From Lama guanicoe (Eukaryota), in the NCBI GenBank assembly GCA_013239625.1, contig MU054187.1, positions 4,909,757-4,973,756 on the forward strand: a stretch of 64,000 nt of DNA, written 5' to 3'. The notes beneath the pieces were generated by a model. It ran no database searches, was not told the DNA's origin, and saw only the letters and a program-made list of their open reading frames with translations. Numbering within the stretch: the first letter of the stretch is position 1; every line of letters begins with the position of its first letter. A program made the translations under genes and the position numbers. Positions 37,401 through 49,874 of this stretch are shown piece after piece.

Positions 37401-38059
37401 AGTTAAAAAAAAATCCATACTTGGCTCAGTGATTTGTGGATTGCACAGAACTTTACCCATTGAGTCTTATAATCCCCCTTTGAGGCAGCCCTGTAGGAAT
37501 GGCTGTTTCACACAAGCTTACTGAGGATCGCAGAGGTTAAATGATCTCTTGAGCAACAAAGAAGAAAGGGGAAATTTGCTTATTTTACATATTTGTGTTC
37601 TTTTCACAATTCCACGATGCCATTACCATATCCACATACCCAAACCCTGAATGTAATTTAAAATCAAGTTTGAAAGTCAGCTCGTCTACAAAGCTTTGAG
37701 AATCTTATTCTGAACTGCCAAAGCATTCTGTTTGTACTTCCTTTGTGGGACCCCACTTTCAAATTTCTTTAATGTGTATGTACCTTCTAGACAGTAAGCT
37801 TGATTTGTATATGACAAATGCATTTTTCAAGCCTTCCTGAGAGCTCTTTTAGTTAAATTAGGTGTTCCAAGCATTTAGAAAACACTTGCCTGGTCAGTGT
37901 ATACATGAGGACATGAACACTGTAAGTATAAACTGACTTTAACTAGTTTGCTGATCTTTATCTTCTCCCGTGAACTTCATTGAGCATTAGTTCCAAGAAG
38001 AAAAGGCAATATGAACAATGTGTTTCCATTTCGGGCAGAAACCTCGAGCTGTACCCTCT

Positions 38060-38498
38060 GACACTCATCGCTTTTGTCCTGAGGGACAGGCTGGCAGGAT
38101 TCAGCTGTCCAGCCAAAGATCTGGCCTGTTAACAGGGGGCACTGCCTCCTTCCGCTGCAGCTGTGAATGGCCACACAATCATGATTTTTCGCCAATGAAA
38201 TGTGGGCGAAAGTCTTGTGTGGTACTGCCAAGAAATCTTGAAGGAAGGGCTCACCTTCCTTTCTTCTTTTCTGCTGACAAAAATATGGGTGGGTTAGTGC
38301 TTGACAAGAAGTCTTGGTCCAAGAGGCAGCGCCTTGAGGGTGTTGGAGGCACAGGAAAGAAGCCTGACTGTCTGATTCTCACCAGTCCCCGGATGGTCTA
38401 CTTACTGTGCGAGTCTTTAATGTGAAAGTAAACATCTATCTTTTTCAGTCATTTTGAGTTTCCTGTTATATGCAGTGGAACTAATCTTAACTGATACA
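38060..38498 (+). mobile_element. MLT1-type (ERVL-MaLR) solo LTR
   Basis: gccaatgaaatgtgggcgaaagtc... and the characteristic terminus ttcctgttatatgcagtggaactaatcttaactgataca. The 5' boundary is approximate. Confidence 0.75.
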
Positions 38499-38502
38499 CT
38501 CT

Positions 38503-38630
38503 AATAGATTATAAACTCAAAAAAGCAGGGACAGATTCTACGTTTTTACCATGGTAGCCCCAGTGTCCAGCACAAATCTTGGCACACAGTAGGTACTCAG
38601 TTCACGTTTTTGAGTTCCACTGAATAGATG
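38503..38630 (+). mobile_element. L2 3' tail
   Basis: agattataaactc...gcagggacag...ccccagtgtccagcacaaatcttggcacacagtaggtactca. Confidence 0.75.
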
Positions 38631-41354
38631 CTCAGGTACATTTAGGACTGCTGACTCTGGATTCACATAAATAGTATTACAAGTCCTAGATCTTTTGGGA
38701 ACTATATTTGTTTAATTCTCAGAACTCAAATGTCTCAAGGTACTTTTTAACCTGGGTGTGTATTTCTCATTTTGTTTATTTCAAGCCCAGTGAAGCTCGT
38801 TCTTTCTTGGCTAAAAGTCCTGCATGTCATTGGCATTCTAGTTTTGAAGGGCTCTTAATATTTACCTCCCCACGGAGGAACTCATTCCACTGAAAAATGG
38901 GTGCTAGATTTCACTTCTTTTGAAAGCCAGAACTGTTTCCTTAAATTTTATAGATTGTTATTGAGGACTAATATTGTTCTAAAAAATGTCAGTTAAAGTA
39001 ATGGAGGAGGATTATGATGATGAAGATTTCAATTAAGTTCCTTCAAAACCTTTTTCCAATTAATGAGAAGCAAAGCTCAGTTACAATCAATTAGGAAATT
39101 AAAGCACGTATCACATGTTCTCCCTCACGACCTGCCTTGCAACCCACGGCTTGATGCGAATACCACATTCCTTTCTCCCCTTGCCTAGTACCTTCAGCAT
39201 AAGAGAACCAGGCCGAGCATGGAGCTCAGGTGGGAAACTCCGGGCACACTATTAGATACATATTTCACTATCAGTTTGCACTTTATTTTTCTTGGATTCT
39301 CTTTGAAATGGAAAATTAAAAAAGAAACCAAGTTGTTCATGGCAGATTATCAGTTTTAAAAATGAGTAACATTTTGGAATAACTAATACCAAAAAAAAAA
39401 AATCCTTGCAACATCAGTTGTATTAATGACTAAAGGACATTAAAATTACACACTGGAAAGGCACCAGAACAAATGAAGGCCTGTGTCGCAGTGTTTAAAG
39501 CTGTGTGTTTCACAACCCTTCAGAGTCTGTTTCCTTCTTTCAGACATCGGCATCTTTCCCCAACCAACACGTGAGCCTTGAAAGCTATCATTATCGCTGC
39601 CTCTAGCAGACAATCCATATCAAAACAGTTGTACACATAAAGCTCAAACGGCGGCTTGGCTCTCTCTGCTCCGATCCAGCTGTTTGAGTGAAGAGCAGTT
39701 GGTGAACAGAGCCTGGAACACGGGGAGCCCCGAGGCCTTATTTGCTAACGTGGTTCACCAGCTGCCGCTTTCTGCGGTCTCTGCCGGCGGGGCCTGGAAG
39801 CGTGCCAGTTGCAGCAGGAATGAGAGATCGTGAGGAATCTCCGAAGCCCTTCCACGGACCCCTGTCTGTCAGCATTTGACACCCTTTGCTGTTGAGTGCT
39901 TTTCCCAGGGCTTTGAGGAGACCCCGCTGGCTCAGGCTGTGACAGGCGCTCACTCTTGGTCCCTTTCATACACACTGTCAAACACACGGCGTCCTGAGCA
40001 TCTAAAGGAAAACTTCTGGGCCTCGCTCTTGCTGCTCCAGCCAGCCTTGCATGATTAATCGGGCCAGGAAGGCTAAGCAGTTCCATTTTTCTTAGGAATA
40101 ATGCACTCTGAGAGGCTATGAGAGGAATGTAAATGTTGATATTATTTAAGCCCACAATTTGATTACATATTTTTGCCAGGGATTCAATTAATATGTAAAT
40201 GTATACACCAGAACAAATGCGTGGGTAAATTTAATAATCAAATTTTATTTATTATTTTCCTCAATGCATTTCCAAGAGAGAGCTAAATTATTTGTTGTCC
40301 AAACAAATTAAATAAATCATTTCTACGTGATCTCCCTGTGTGATCTCTTTATTATTTAAAAACACGGACTTTAAATAAACTTTAACTTTTTTTGCTATCT
40401 AGGCCTCTGACGTTGAAAACTGCTATTTAATGTCTTAAGAGGGGAAATCTGGAAAATACACGTGCATAGTCCATGCTACATTCTTAAAAATTAGGAAAAA
40501 TGCAATTTGAAAGAAAGATTGTGGAGATTTTTATGGAAATGTATTTATATTCTCAACATTTGGTCGGAATAACTTGATTTCAACTCTGAAGACCCAAAAA
40601 CAAAACTGTTCTTGAATTTAACATTTGGACTCTACTTTTCTTCCAAAAGACAGTATGAGTAAAGAAAGTTTGGGTTTCCTTACAGCACACTAAAATAATA
40701 TATTTGTAGTTTAATTAGGATAGTCATCATAAAACTAATTACAAGAAAGCAAGAACCCTGGAGCACAATTCATTAGGCATTTGTCAAATGGCCAGACAGC
40801 ACTCTCTGGAACCCCCACCCTCGGGGAAGACTAAAAGCACCTGGAAAGCCAAACGCTCCTGTTCCCGCGAACTTCCGTAACCCCTGACCCTCCTCCTCCC
40901 TCAGGCTGGGGTATCGACCTCATTGGCGCCTCCTCCATGAATTGGGACCTTTATTATTCAAGGGATTTGATATTTTAGAAGAAAACATCATTGAAAAGTT
41001 TAAACACCATGGCTGAAATTTACACCAGCTAAAGATCATGTAAAATTTTTAATTAAATTACAACATTTTATTTAATTAATTTTTCGTATACTCTCCCAGG
41101 GATGAAGCAAAGATCAAACGTTGAAGACAGAAAGCCACCGAGGGAGGGAGGACCCCCGGCCTCTGAATGTCCTCAGTGTCCCTGCCAGGTCCTGACCCTC
41201 CCTCCCTGACAGAATCTGCCTCTGCTTCTGTTGCTTCCCTAGGTCTGGAGAGAAACATCTTAGTTGCCCGAGCCTTCGCGTCTGGATTCGTTTCTATAAA
41301 CTGGAAAAGCCACTCCGCATCATTCTATCTGATTTCCTTTCCTTCTTTTTTCCA

Positions 41355-41600
41355 GATGGGAGGTAGTGTGCTGTGGTGGAGGGGCCCCTGCTCACGCCAT
41401 CATCAAACTGGTTATCTTACTTTGAACTTACCTGGCCCTCATTTTCCATCTCTGCAAAATAGGTGGGTAACAATTTTTCAACAGCAAAGATTTACTGAGC
41501 GGCTGCTCTGTGCCGGGCACTGCTCTGGGCACCAGGTGAGCGGCGGTGAGCACGCTGATTTCCCTCCCTCACACGGCTCACTTGCCGGGGGGAACAGACA
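41355..41600. mobile_element. MIR fragment (+) abutting an L2 tail (-)
   Basis: ccctcattttccatctctgcaaaatagg (MIR core) followed by ttcaacagcaaagatttactgagcggctgctctgtgccgggcactgctctgggcac (antisense L2 end). Confidence 0.6.
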
Positions 41601-44569
41601 CTATGATAAGGGTGTGTCGGGTGGAGTTTGTTCGATAGAGCTGAGGCCAGCATCGCTTTCAAGTGCAGTTGTGAGAAGCAACTAGAAAAAAAACCAGGAA
41701 GGTGTTTTGCCAAATGTAAACTTCTTTTTGTGGCTGTCGCTCACATGCATTAGCTTTGGGGGAAGAGGCAGATGTTTCTCTTTTGTTCTCAACCTTGGGT
41801 CGCTTTCCCTGACTAGTTCAGGTTCATGGTGAGCCACTGACATGGCTGTGACCAAGCATTCTGGCCGCCAAAAGCTCACATCTGTGGAGACCTTCCCTAA
41901 GACAAGTAGGGCAGCTCATGTCACAGGGCACAGGGTTTCTCAGGGAGAAAGTAAATAGCCCAGGGAAAGGCTGAACTTGTAACTCCGATTTTAACAGCTC
42001 CCTCATCAAGGCTAATAGGCTAACTGGTAGAGACAAAGTTCAAAAAAATTTTAATGCATAAAAATGTATTGCAGTTCACAGTATCCCACTGTCTCCCATA
42101 AACTCAGTAATACAGTGTCTCCTTTGGGTCACGATGATGGCCAGGAGGTTATGGGGCAGGGTGATGCCTTCTAACTGCACAGTTGGAAAGATTTTTTTTT
42201 TCACACAAATTGAGGCTCTCCACTTTTGATTGCTCCATGCCAACACTATCTCTTGCTGTTATTGTTAAACTATCAACACTTCAGTATTACCAAGCTTGAC
42301 CTTGTGCTTCAGTGAGCCCTTGAATGGGCTCCTCTGCCCAGCTCAAAAAGGGAAAACACACAAATGTGGGATGAATGAGCTTGACTCTTAGTTTGAGACA
42401 AGGAACAGTTCTCATAATTCCAATTAATGGCAGGCCATGAAACTCACAGACTGAAATGTCTGCCTTTTCTAAAAGGCCCCCCTAGTTGGGGGACCATCTG
42501 GTTCACCCTCCAGTTCCCCAAACATCTGAATTAGTGGTTCCTGCAGACTTGCACACCTCTGGTAACAGGACTCCGTCAGTCTACTCAGGGTCTACCTGTG
42601 GTTAGAGTCAGTGAAGCCCTCTGTTTGTCTGCATGGCGTCTGTCACATCTGCACTACAAAGTGCAGGCAGGGCTTTGTTCACAGGGCTATAATCTTATAT
42701 TAACATGTATTCAAACATGCTAATGTCTGTTCACATTTCCTCCGCTTTGATATTCTCAGAGAAGGAACTGAATAATGTGCCTTATTTTCAGAACTCTTTC
42801 GAAGGACTGTGTACATTGAAACAAAAAAAGGGACTGGAAGAATAGGTGATAAGAAAATTGGGAAATGCTACGAGAAATGCCCTTTGGGAGCAGCGGTTTG
42901 CCTACAAGAACTCACTCTTTATTTATAGAATCACAAGTCAGCTGAAATAGTTTTTTATACTATATTTAAATGTGAAAATTTAACTGAATTTCATACTTTC
43001 CACTGGAATGTTAATGGGGTGCTGGTAAAAGTGGAGATGTCAAGTGGAATATTGACTTCTTAACATCAATTCAGAAAAGTGATATTTGAGTTCATTTAGA
43101 GGCTCTTAAATCATTACATACACGTGACATTCACTTAAAAGGACATCTCAAGAAGCAAAATTAAAACCTGTATTCTGCTTGGCCCAGATAGCTTCCCTAT
43201 GCAGAATGTTCATATAATTCCAACTTACTGGGGACTTGAGGAAAAGTACAATTTTAAATTACTATTTTATTATGGAAATCTTCCAATAATCCTTTTAGTA
43301 ATATGTTATATAACATTAAAATAGCATGAAACCAAGATAGGAAAAGGCTGGGAATCCTCTCCTATTCAGAATAATGTTAATAACTTGGTAAAATCAGTCT
43401 AGGAAAATTACAGTGTCTCTTAGTTCCTTTAAAGTGTCTGACTCAGTAAGTGACCTTAAGCTCCTTTAAAACAATTAAAAGATTCAAATGTTTGTCTGCC
43501 AAAATTTTATAGCATGTTAGATAATGGGGATGAATGTAGTTATATAGAGTCTCTATATTTCTGGGTATACCTAATTTAGTTAATATTAACATTACTCACT
43601 CATTTATGCTTTTATACACTTTGAGTCACATAAGGTCAAGGTCTCAAAACTAATAAAACTACGGACTGCTATTCATGCTAATATAATAACCCTTTCTTTA
43701 AAACAACTGCCAATAAAGTTCATTATAAAAAGTTATTAAAAGGGTTAAAAACCTATTAAATGTCAAAGAATTTGCCTGACTCAAACTTCTAATAAAGAAA
43801 GAGAATAGGCTTTCTTTCTGAATTATTTAAATCTTTACCGACTGTGCAGTGAACTGTGAAATTAGAAAAGTGTTATTAGAAGTGTTCTCTGGTTTTTATA
43901 AAAGTTGGAGCCCAGAATGTATCAAGTCATAGTCTTTCACGAGACTAGTTAAAGCAGTAGGTTTTTAATCCCAAATTCATGGCTTCTACTGATAGAAAGG
44001 CCATAATTAAAACTCTACCCTGTAACTTGGTGATAATAAAATTATTACAGAAGCACACATGTTCATTTAAAATAACTGAGCTAAAAAAAATTTGAGCTAC
44101 ATGTTCCAATTTTAATTTGGACAAATATCTTCAATTTTTTCGATCTTTCAATGTCCACTAACATAGACCCACTTAACCAATAATTAGGTTTTAATAGTGG
44201 CTAATTTTAAAGCACTAAAGTTAAGAATTTGAATTGTCTATCATTTACAGGTTTAACATCTACCAAGTATATAGTGAAATTAGATAATTGTGGTCTAAAG
44301 AGTTAAAAAAAAATCACAATTCCTCATGATTATAACCCTGTGTGATGATGGAATAAAATAAACGTGGGTATCCAGCATAAACAATAGCAAATACACCTTC
44401 CACAGTTTAAATCCATTTCTCTGGGTAACTATACTTAGCTTAACTGAGTTAACTTGGTCTATATCTAACAAGCAGGGAACTGTCCACACATCGGTCTCCT
44501 CAACCGCTCAGTGCCAGCTTTGGTAATTGTGGTCTTAAGTGCTCTTATTAATAATGTCTAGTCCTTGTG

Positions 44570-45010
44570 GGGTCCCCGAATACTCCAAGAACAGTGCTAA
44601 GAAGTTGATATGCATTGATTGCCCTGTTCAGCCCTCACAATCACCGAGTGAGACGGTCCCAACCCATGAAGGACCAAAGAGGGAGTTCTGCAGTTACGCA
44701 GTAAGTAGACCAACTGGGATCTGTCTCAGGCTGCCCGACTGCCAAGCCTATATGATCCTGTGTTTGATCTGATATTTTCAGTTGTCCTTTTAACCAAAGA
44801 TAGTTGGAAGAGCTTGCTGGGGAATTTGTAGCTTGACCCTAGAATGACTGAATTTAACGCACTGACTCCTTGGGTAGGAAATTCAATTTGGAATATTTTA
44901 CTGCACATTTACTCCATGTCTGGTACTATTAGAGGCCCTAGGAGAAATAAAGACAGAAAAGACTGCCCCTGTGCTCGAAGAGCTCACAGTATAGGGAGAC
45001 ATCCTACATA
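44570..45010 (-). mobile_element. MIR and L2 tail fragments
   Basis: cagccctcacaatcacc...ctgggatctg...aggctgcccgactgccaagcc (antisense MIR), then aatattttactgcacatttactccatgtctggtactatt...cccctgtgctcgaagagctcacagt (antisense L2). Confidence 0.55.
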
Positions 45011-46819
45011 CACGTCCAAGGGGAGTAATTCCTGTAACTGAAAATTGCACTTCTACAGAACCGTGGAGGAAGGAGTGTGACTTTCAAGCAAGGGCCTAAT
45101 GGCTGACAGATGGTTCTGAAATGTGCAAATAATGCTGCAACAAGGAAATTGTCTGCATTGCACTGGAACTACAGTGAGCATCTTTAAGAATTAAGAATGC
45201 TTTTCAACATAGTAAGACATTTGGAAGACAGAAGTAAGCAGAATTTGTCTCTGGAGGCCATATGACTGACACTGGACACACCATCTGATTGTGGGAGGGT
45301 CACCATATCTGCTATATTTTCATGAAAGTAATGCTTTGTCTAAGGTAATGTGAGATAAAATTGAACAAAAATAAAATAGGTTGCTTTTCCACTAAAGGAT
45401 GATTTTTAAAACTTAAAAATTCAATGCACAATCAAATCATATTTTTAAAAAATGTGACTAAGAGCAATCTGATAGTTTGATTTCTGTTTGGGAATTAGCA
45501 ATTTGATTTTCAAATGTTTTATCTTCTGAATCTTAGGATGCCTGGAGACTTAGTCTATAGCTTCAAGGCCATATGCCAGAATATATTCCGAAGAATCAAG
45601 GGGTGGTAACTGAAAGAAGCCAAAAAACACTGACATTTGATGCTACACAAGCAGAGAGACCATTTTACCAGCCCCTAAATATGGGCCCAATGTTTGAAAA
45701 ATGGTGATTTTTCACTGGGTTCTACAAAAACATTTATGGGCATGCAAATACCAGCCATTTTTATCTGAAGCTCTATTTACAACATTCATTTCATTAAGTA
45801 AAAATGCTGCCACGTAAATCATGCTTTGACAGAACAACTAACTCAAGCATTTTGGTCAAAACCTTTCTTTATACTGGTCCACTTGTCAATCAGTGCCATT
45901 CACTTGTTAGTGACATGTGGCATCCAGAAGGAAGAGAGAAGCAAATAACTGTGAAAGTAGGGGAGTGCACAGAGCTTACTGTGGGTTGAGGTTGGGCTCA
46001 TGGATTAATGATATGAAGGAGTAGAAAACAGATTCCTTGTGGGGAATAAGCACTGAGGACATCATCTGCCTTAAAAAAAAAATAAGCTAAAAAGAAACCT
46101 TAATAGTAAAAGGCTAAATGGATGCTTGATGAGTTTATGAGAGCTGGTAACAGGAACTCTGAACAGAAAAGAATGGCTTTCTACATATTACACTAAATTT
46201 TTTTTCTCTTTAGATTGTTGCTTTATTCTTAGAGCAAACACAGGGCCCAGAATGTAGTAAATGCTCTCTGTATACCTGTTGGACCTTCTTTAAGTTTACA
46301 TTTCTTAAGCCACATTTCTGATTGATAGCTATTCCCCACCCCTCTGGCTGATGTTGACTCCTGGATAACTTCTGCTCTCCCAGTTACTTATTTTCTCTTC
46401 ACCCATGTCTAATCATTACATGCAAGCCACCTGATTCATCCTTACATGGCATTTCTTGACCAGTTCTCCCTGAAGCAGTGGTGGATGACTGGGACCCTGG
46501 GGAGCTGTTGACCTGAAGCACGGGGAAGGTGGACCCCATGTAGGCTTTTAGAATAGTCTACAAAGGGTTCATCCATAGGAGGGTGATGACATGTGTTGAT
46601 GATGTTAATGGTTCTAACTGGGCTCCTCCCCTGACTGGGAGGCCGTCTTAGACTAAGAATTCACTTACGTTTGCAGTAGTTCTGAATATTCATGCCTATA
46701 ATCTTGGTAACATAATTCCAGTAAAATGTCTACATAAAAATTCCCAAGAAAGGGGTTGTCTTTCCTTTCCAGTTAAATTTAAATTTAATTTAGTGTCTTA
46801 GGTTTTTGTATGTTTGTTT

Positions 46820-46952
46820 TATTTTTATTTTTTATTTGGGGGGGGAGAGGTAATTAGGTTTATTTATTTGATTTTAGTGGAGGAACTGGGGATTGAACCG
46901 AGGACCTCTACATGCTAAGGATGTGGTCTAGCACTGAACTATACCCTCCTCC
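46820..46952 (-). mobile_element. tRNA-Ala-derived SINE (camelid vic-type) with TSD
   Basis: The minus strand reads ggaggagggtatagttcagtgctagaccacatccttagcatgtagaggtcctcggttcaatccccagttcctcca, followed by an aaataaataaacctaattacctctccccccc tail. tgtttgttt occurs at 46811-46819 and 46953-46961. Confidence 0.88.
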
Positions 46953-48804
46953 TGTTTGTTTATTTTAATTCTTGTTAAAAACTGTTCTAGCTGCCTTTGC
47001 CACCTTTTATGCTCCAGTTAAACACCTGATTCTAAATGAAATGTAATCCATATTCTTTTTACCATGAATCTTGAAGGATTTCAAAAGGTCCTCTCAATAA
47101 TTATTTTGCAGTTCCGTGGCTGTGGAATGTGGACTAATTGTTGGCTGATCCGTGGACACACCCTTTTAGTAAATGCACTTCTGATCTTTAAAGTGCAGTG
47201 TGGAAAGAAGAAAAGTAAATAAAATAATCGTGAGTGGAGAAGTTTGCTTGATCGGACTCTTGTTAACAGAAATCTGCTGTGGGATTTTTTTTAATTAAAT
47301 TTATACTCAATTTATTATTTTATTACTTTTCCCCCTAAACTTTAGTAATAGCATTGATGTATTTTAACAATAAAAAAGGACTACTATCACCTTAGGTAAA
47401 GCCTGAAAGTCTCTTTCTAGGCTAAACCCGCATACTAACAGAACTATTTAAAAAATAAAACCCTTCATTGTAAAAGTTTACTTGTATTAGTTTTACAGAG
47501 AAGGTGCACTGACATTTGCATCAAGTATTGGTTCAAAAGGAAAGCCCCGTCTAGAACAGAGTCCTGGACGTTAGAAAGCATAAACTATTTTAAAATTTGC
47601 GTAATTACCATGCAGATAAATCCCAAGCCTTTCAATGCCACTAGAATAAAAATAGGAGCATTATTTTACTATGAAAATTTAATGGCAACAAAGTAACTGA
47701 TAAGCATGACTGCTGTATGAGAATTTACTTTTGGACACATAAACAACTTTCATGTTTTCTATGCTTAAGCAATACCATGAGAGAATCTAAACTTGAACAT
47801 TTCTTCAAAATGGTACCTTGCACCTAGAAAAGATGTTAATTGGCAAAATGGCCATTTGGAATAGAATTCAAATCTTACTAATTAGTCAGTTATACACTGA
47901 TACTTGCAATTCTGCTTTATTTAAATCCCTTTATTCTCCGATAATAGAATAATCCAAATATCAATGTCAAATCGAGTGGCTTTTAAAAGAATGTTAAATA
48001 TGTGTGCTACTACAAAGCAAGGTATTTCTTGCAAGTTATGAAAAATGCACTTTGCTCATGGGTAAAATGTAGTTTAATGATATGGAAATAAGCTCATGGG
48101 TCCTCTATAGTGTATTTACCGTTTCGTGTCTAAACATATTTAATATCTCTAGTATAATTATATGACCACAAGATGACAATCCAATAAATGGGAAAAATCC
48201 CAATTACATTGATCAACTGAGGGGAAAGAGGAAAACTTACACCATTAAAGTGTAGGGCCTATTATCAGGGAACAAGAAAGAATATCTATCCAGCAGGTTT
48301 TAAATTTAAAACCATCTGATCATTTTTCTGCATCTATATTCATAAAAGCTAATAGAATTTTCCAGTTACAATTTATTTTCTGAAGCAAAAAATGCTCTTG
48401 GAAAAGACGTAAGTCAGAACCTTTTAAAAGGTCCAGCACATTTTATTTCTTTCATTGACCATGGGCATTTTAGCTGAAGACTTTAAATATTTATACGTTA
48501 AAGCTTTTTAAAAATGAAACCGTTAATCCGATAGCTTTTTGGGGCTATGCTCCTTGGCTTGTTCCCCCAAAACACTTCCACTGGATGCTCACTATGTGAC
48601 ATACACGCAGGTGTGGCCTGGATTTGGCTGGCGGGGCAGGTGGGGCGGGGACTGAAGAGGGGGCTCAAGGTGAGTAAGGCTCAGCCCTTCGTCTCTCAAG
48701 GGCAGCCTCCTCAGAGACCTGCCCTGACAGGCCTACCGAGGTCCACCCATCCTCCCCACCCCAGACATCTTTATCGCCGCGCGATCGCTGTCTGTAATCA
48801 TCCA

Positions 48805-48970
48805 GGGCAGGGCGGGGCAAACTTCGGTGCGCGCACTCATCCCCTGGGGATCTTCCTAAAATGTGATTCTGACCCAGGGAGTCTCCGGGGGGCCTGACAT
48901 TCAGCGTCTCTAACGAGCTCCCAGGGCTGCCGGTGGAATGGGGCCCGAATCAGTGTGTTCTTGACCGACT
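48805..48970. mobile_element. MER5-like hAT relic within a CpG-rich patch
   Basis: caaacttcggtgcgc..catcccctggggatcttcctaaaatg..gattctgacccag..gggcctgacattcagcgtctctaacgagctcccagg parallels the recalled MER5A consensus. Confidence 0.6.
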
Positions 48971-49790
48971 GCCCCCACCGGACTCCGAATTCTGAGACAG
49001 GGCCTCTGCCCGCCTGTCCGCTCCCCTCCTCGGCGCGGGGCTCAGGCGCACTGAGGACCTGGGCCCGGGACAATCACGCGGCAGCAGCCGGACGGCAGGA
49101 CCAGCTGGGACAGCCCCCAGCTCTCCCGAGACAGCTTTGTCTCCCGTTGCCCGTCTTCACGCCGGGAGATTCCGGGATGAAATCACCGACTGACAACGTG
49201 GCAGCCCTGACCTGGCCTTTCCGTGCGTGGGCTGATGAGAACGCTGTTTCTTGCAGGTCCTAGGTTATTATTAATGAACTGGGGATAAGAAATGGAGGGG
49301 CCCTCAGCCACCAAATGGGACAGAGTTCACTGGCTAATGTGCAAATAATCCATGACTCCTGGTCTTCAAAATTTTTCTAAAAATAGGGCAAAACGTTTCT
49401 AAGGCACTTAGAAATTAGTTGTATAGAATTTCATGTATTAATAACTTAGGAAAGAACTAAGGGAAAATAAAATCAATTTTTGTTTAATAAAATAAATAAT
49501 GAATTTTGTGCATGCAGCAAAAGCAGTCCTTAGAGGGAAATTTATACAATTAAATGCATATATTAGAAAGGAAGAAAGGTCTGAAATCAGTAAGTTAAGC
49601 TTTTATCTGAGGATTTAGAGGAAGAAGAGCAACTTAATTCTAAGCCTAGCAGAAGAAAGGAAATAATACAAATTAGAGAGAAATCAATAAAATTGACAAC
49701 AGAAAGACAATAGGGAAAAAAATCAACAAAGCCAAAAGCTGGTTCTTTGAGAAATTATTAGGTTGATAAACCACTAGTCAGGTTAATGGC

Positions 49791-49791
<1 letters not shown>

Positions 49792-49853
<62 letters not shown>

Positions 49854-49874
49854 ACAAAAAAAAAAAAAAAAAAA
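49792..49874 (+). repeat. Poly(A) tract: A60-TAAC-A19
   Basis: Direct count: A at 49792-49851 and 49856-49874. Confidence 0.95.

Noticed and set aside
41167..41685. Longest ORF in the track (172 aa)
   Set aside because: It runs through MIR and L2 relics, has no recognisable domain, and is antisense within a TOX intron.
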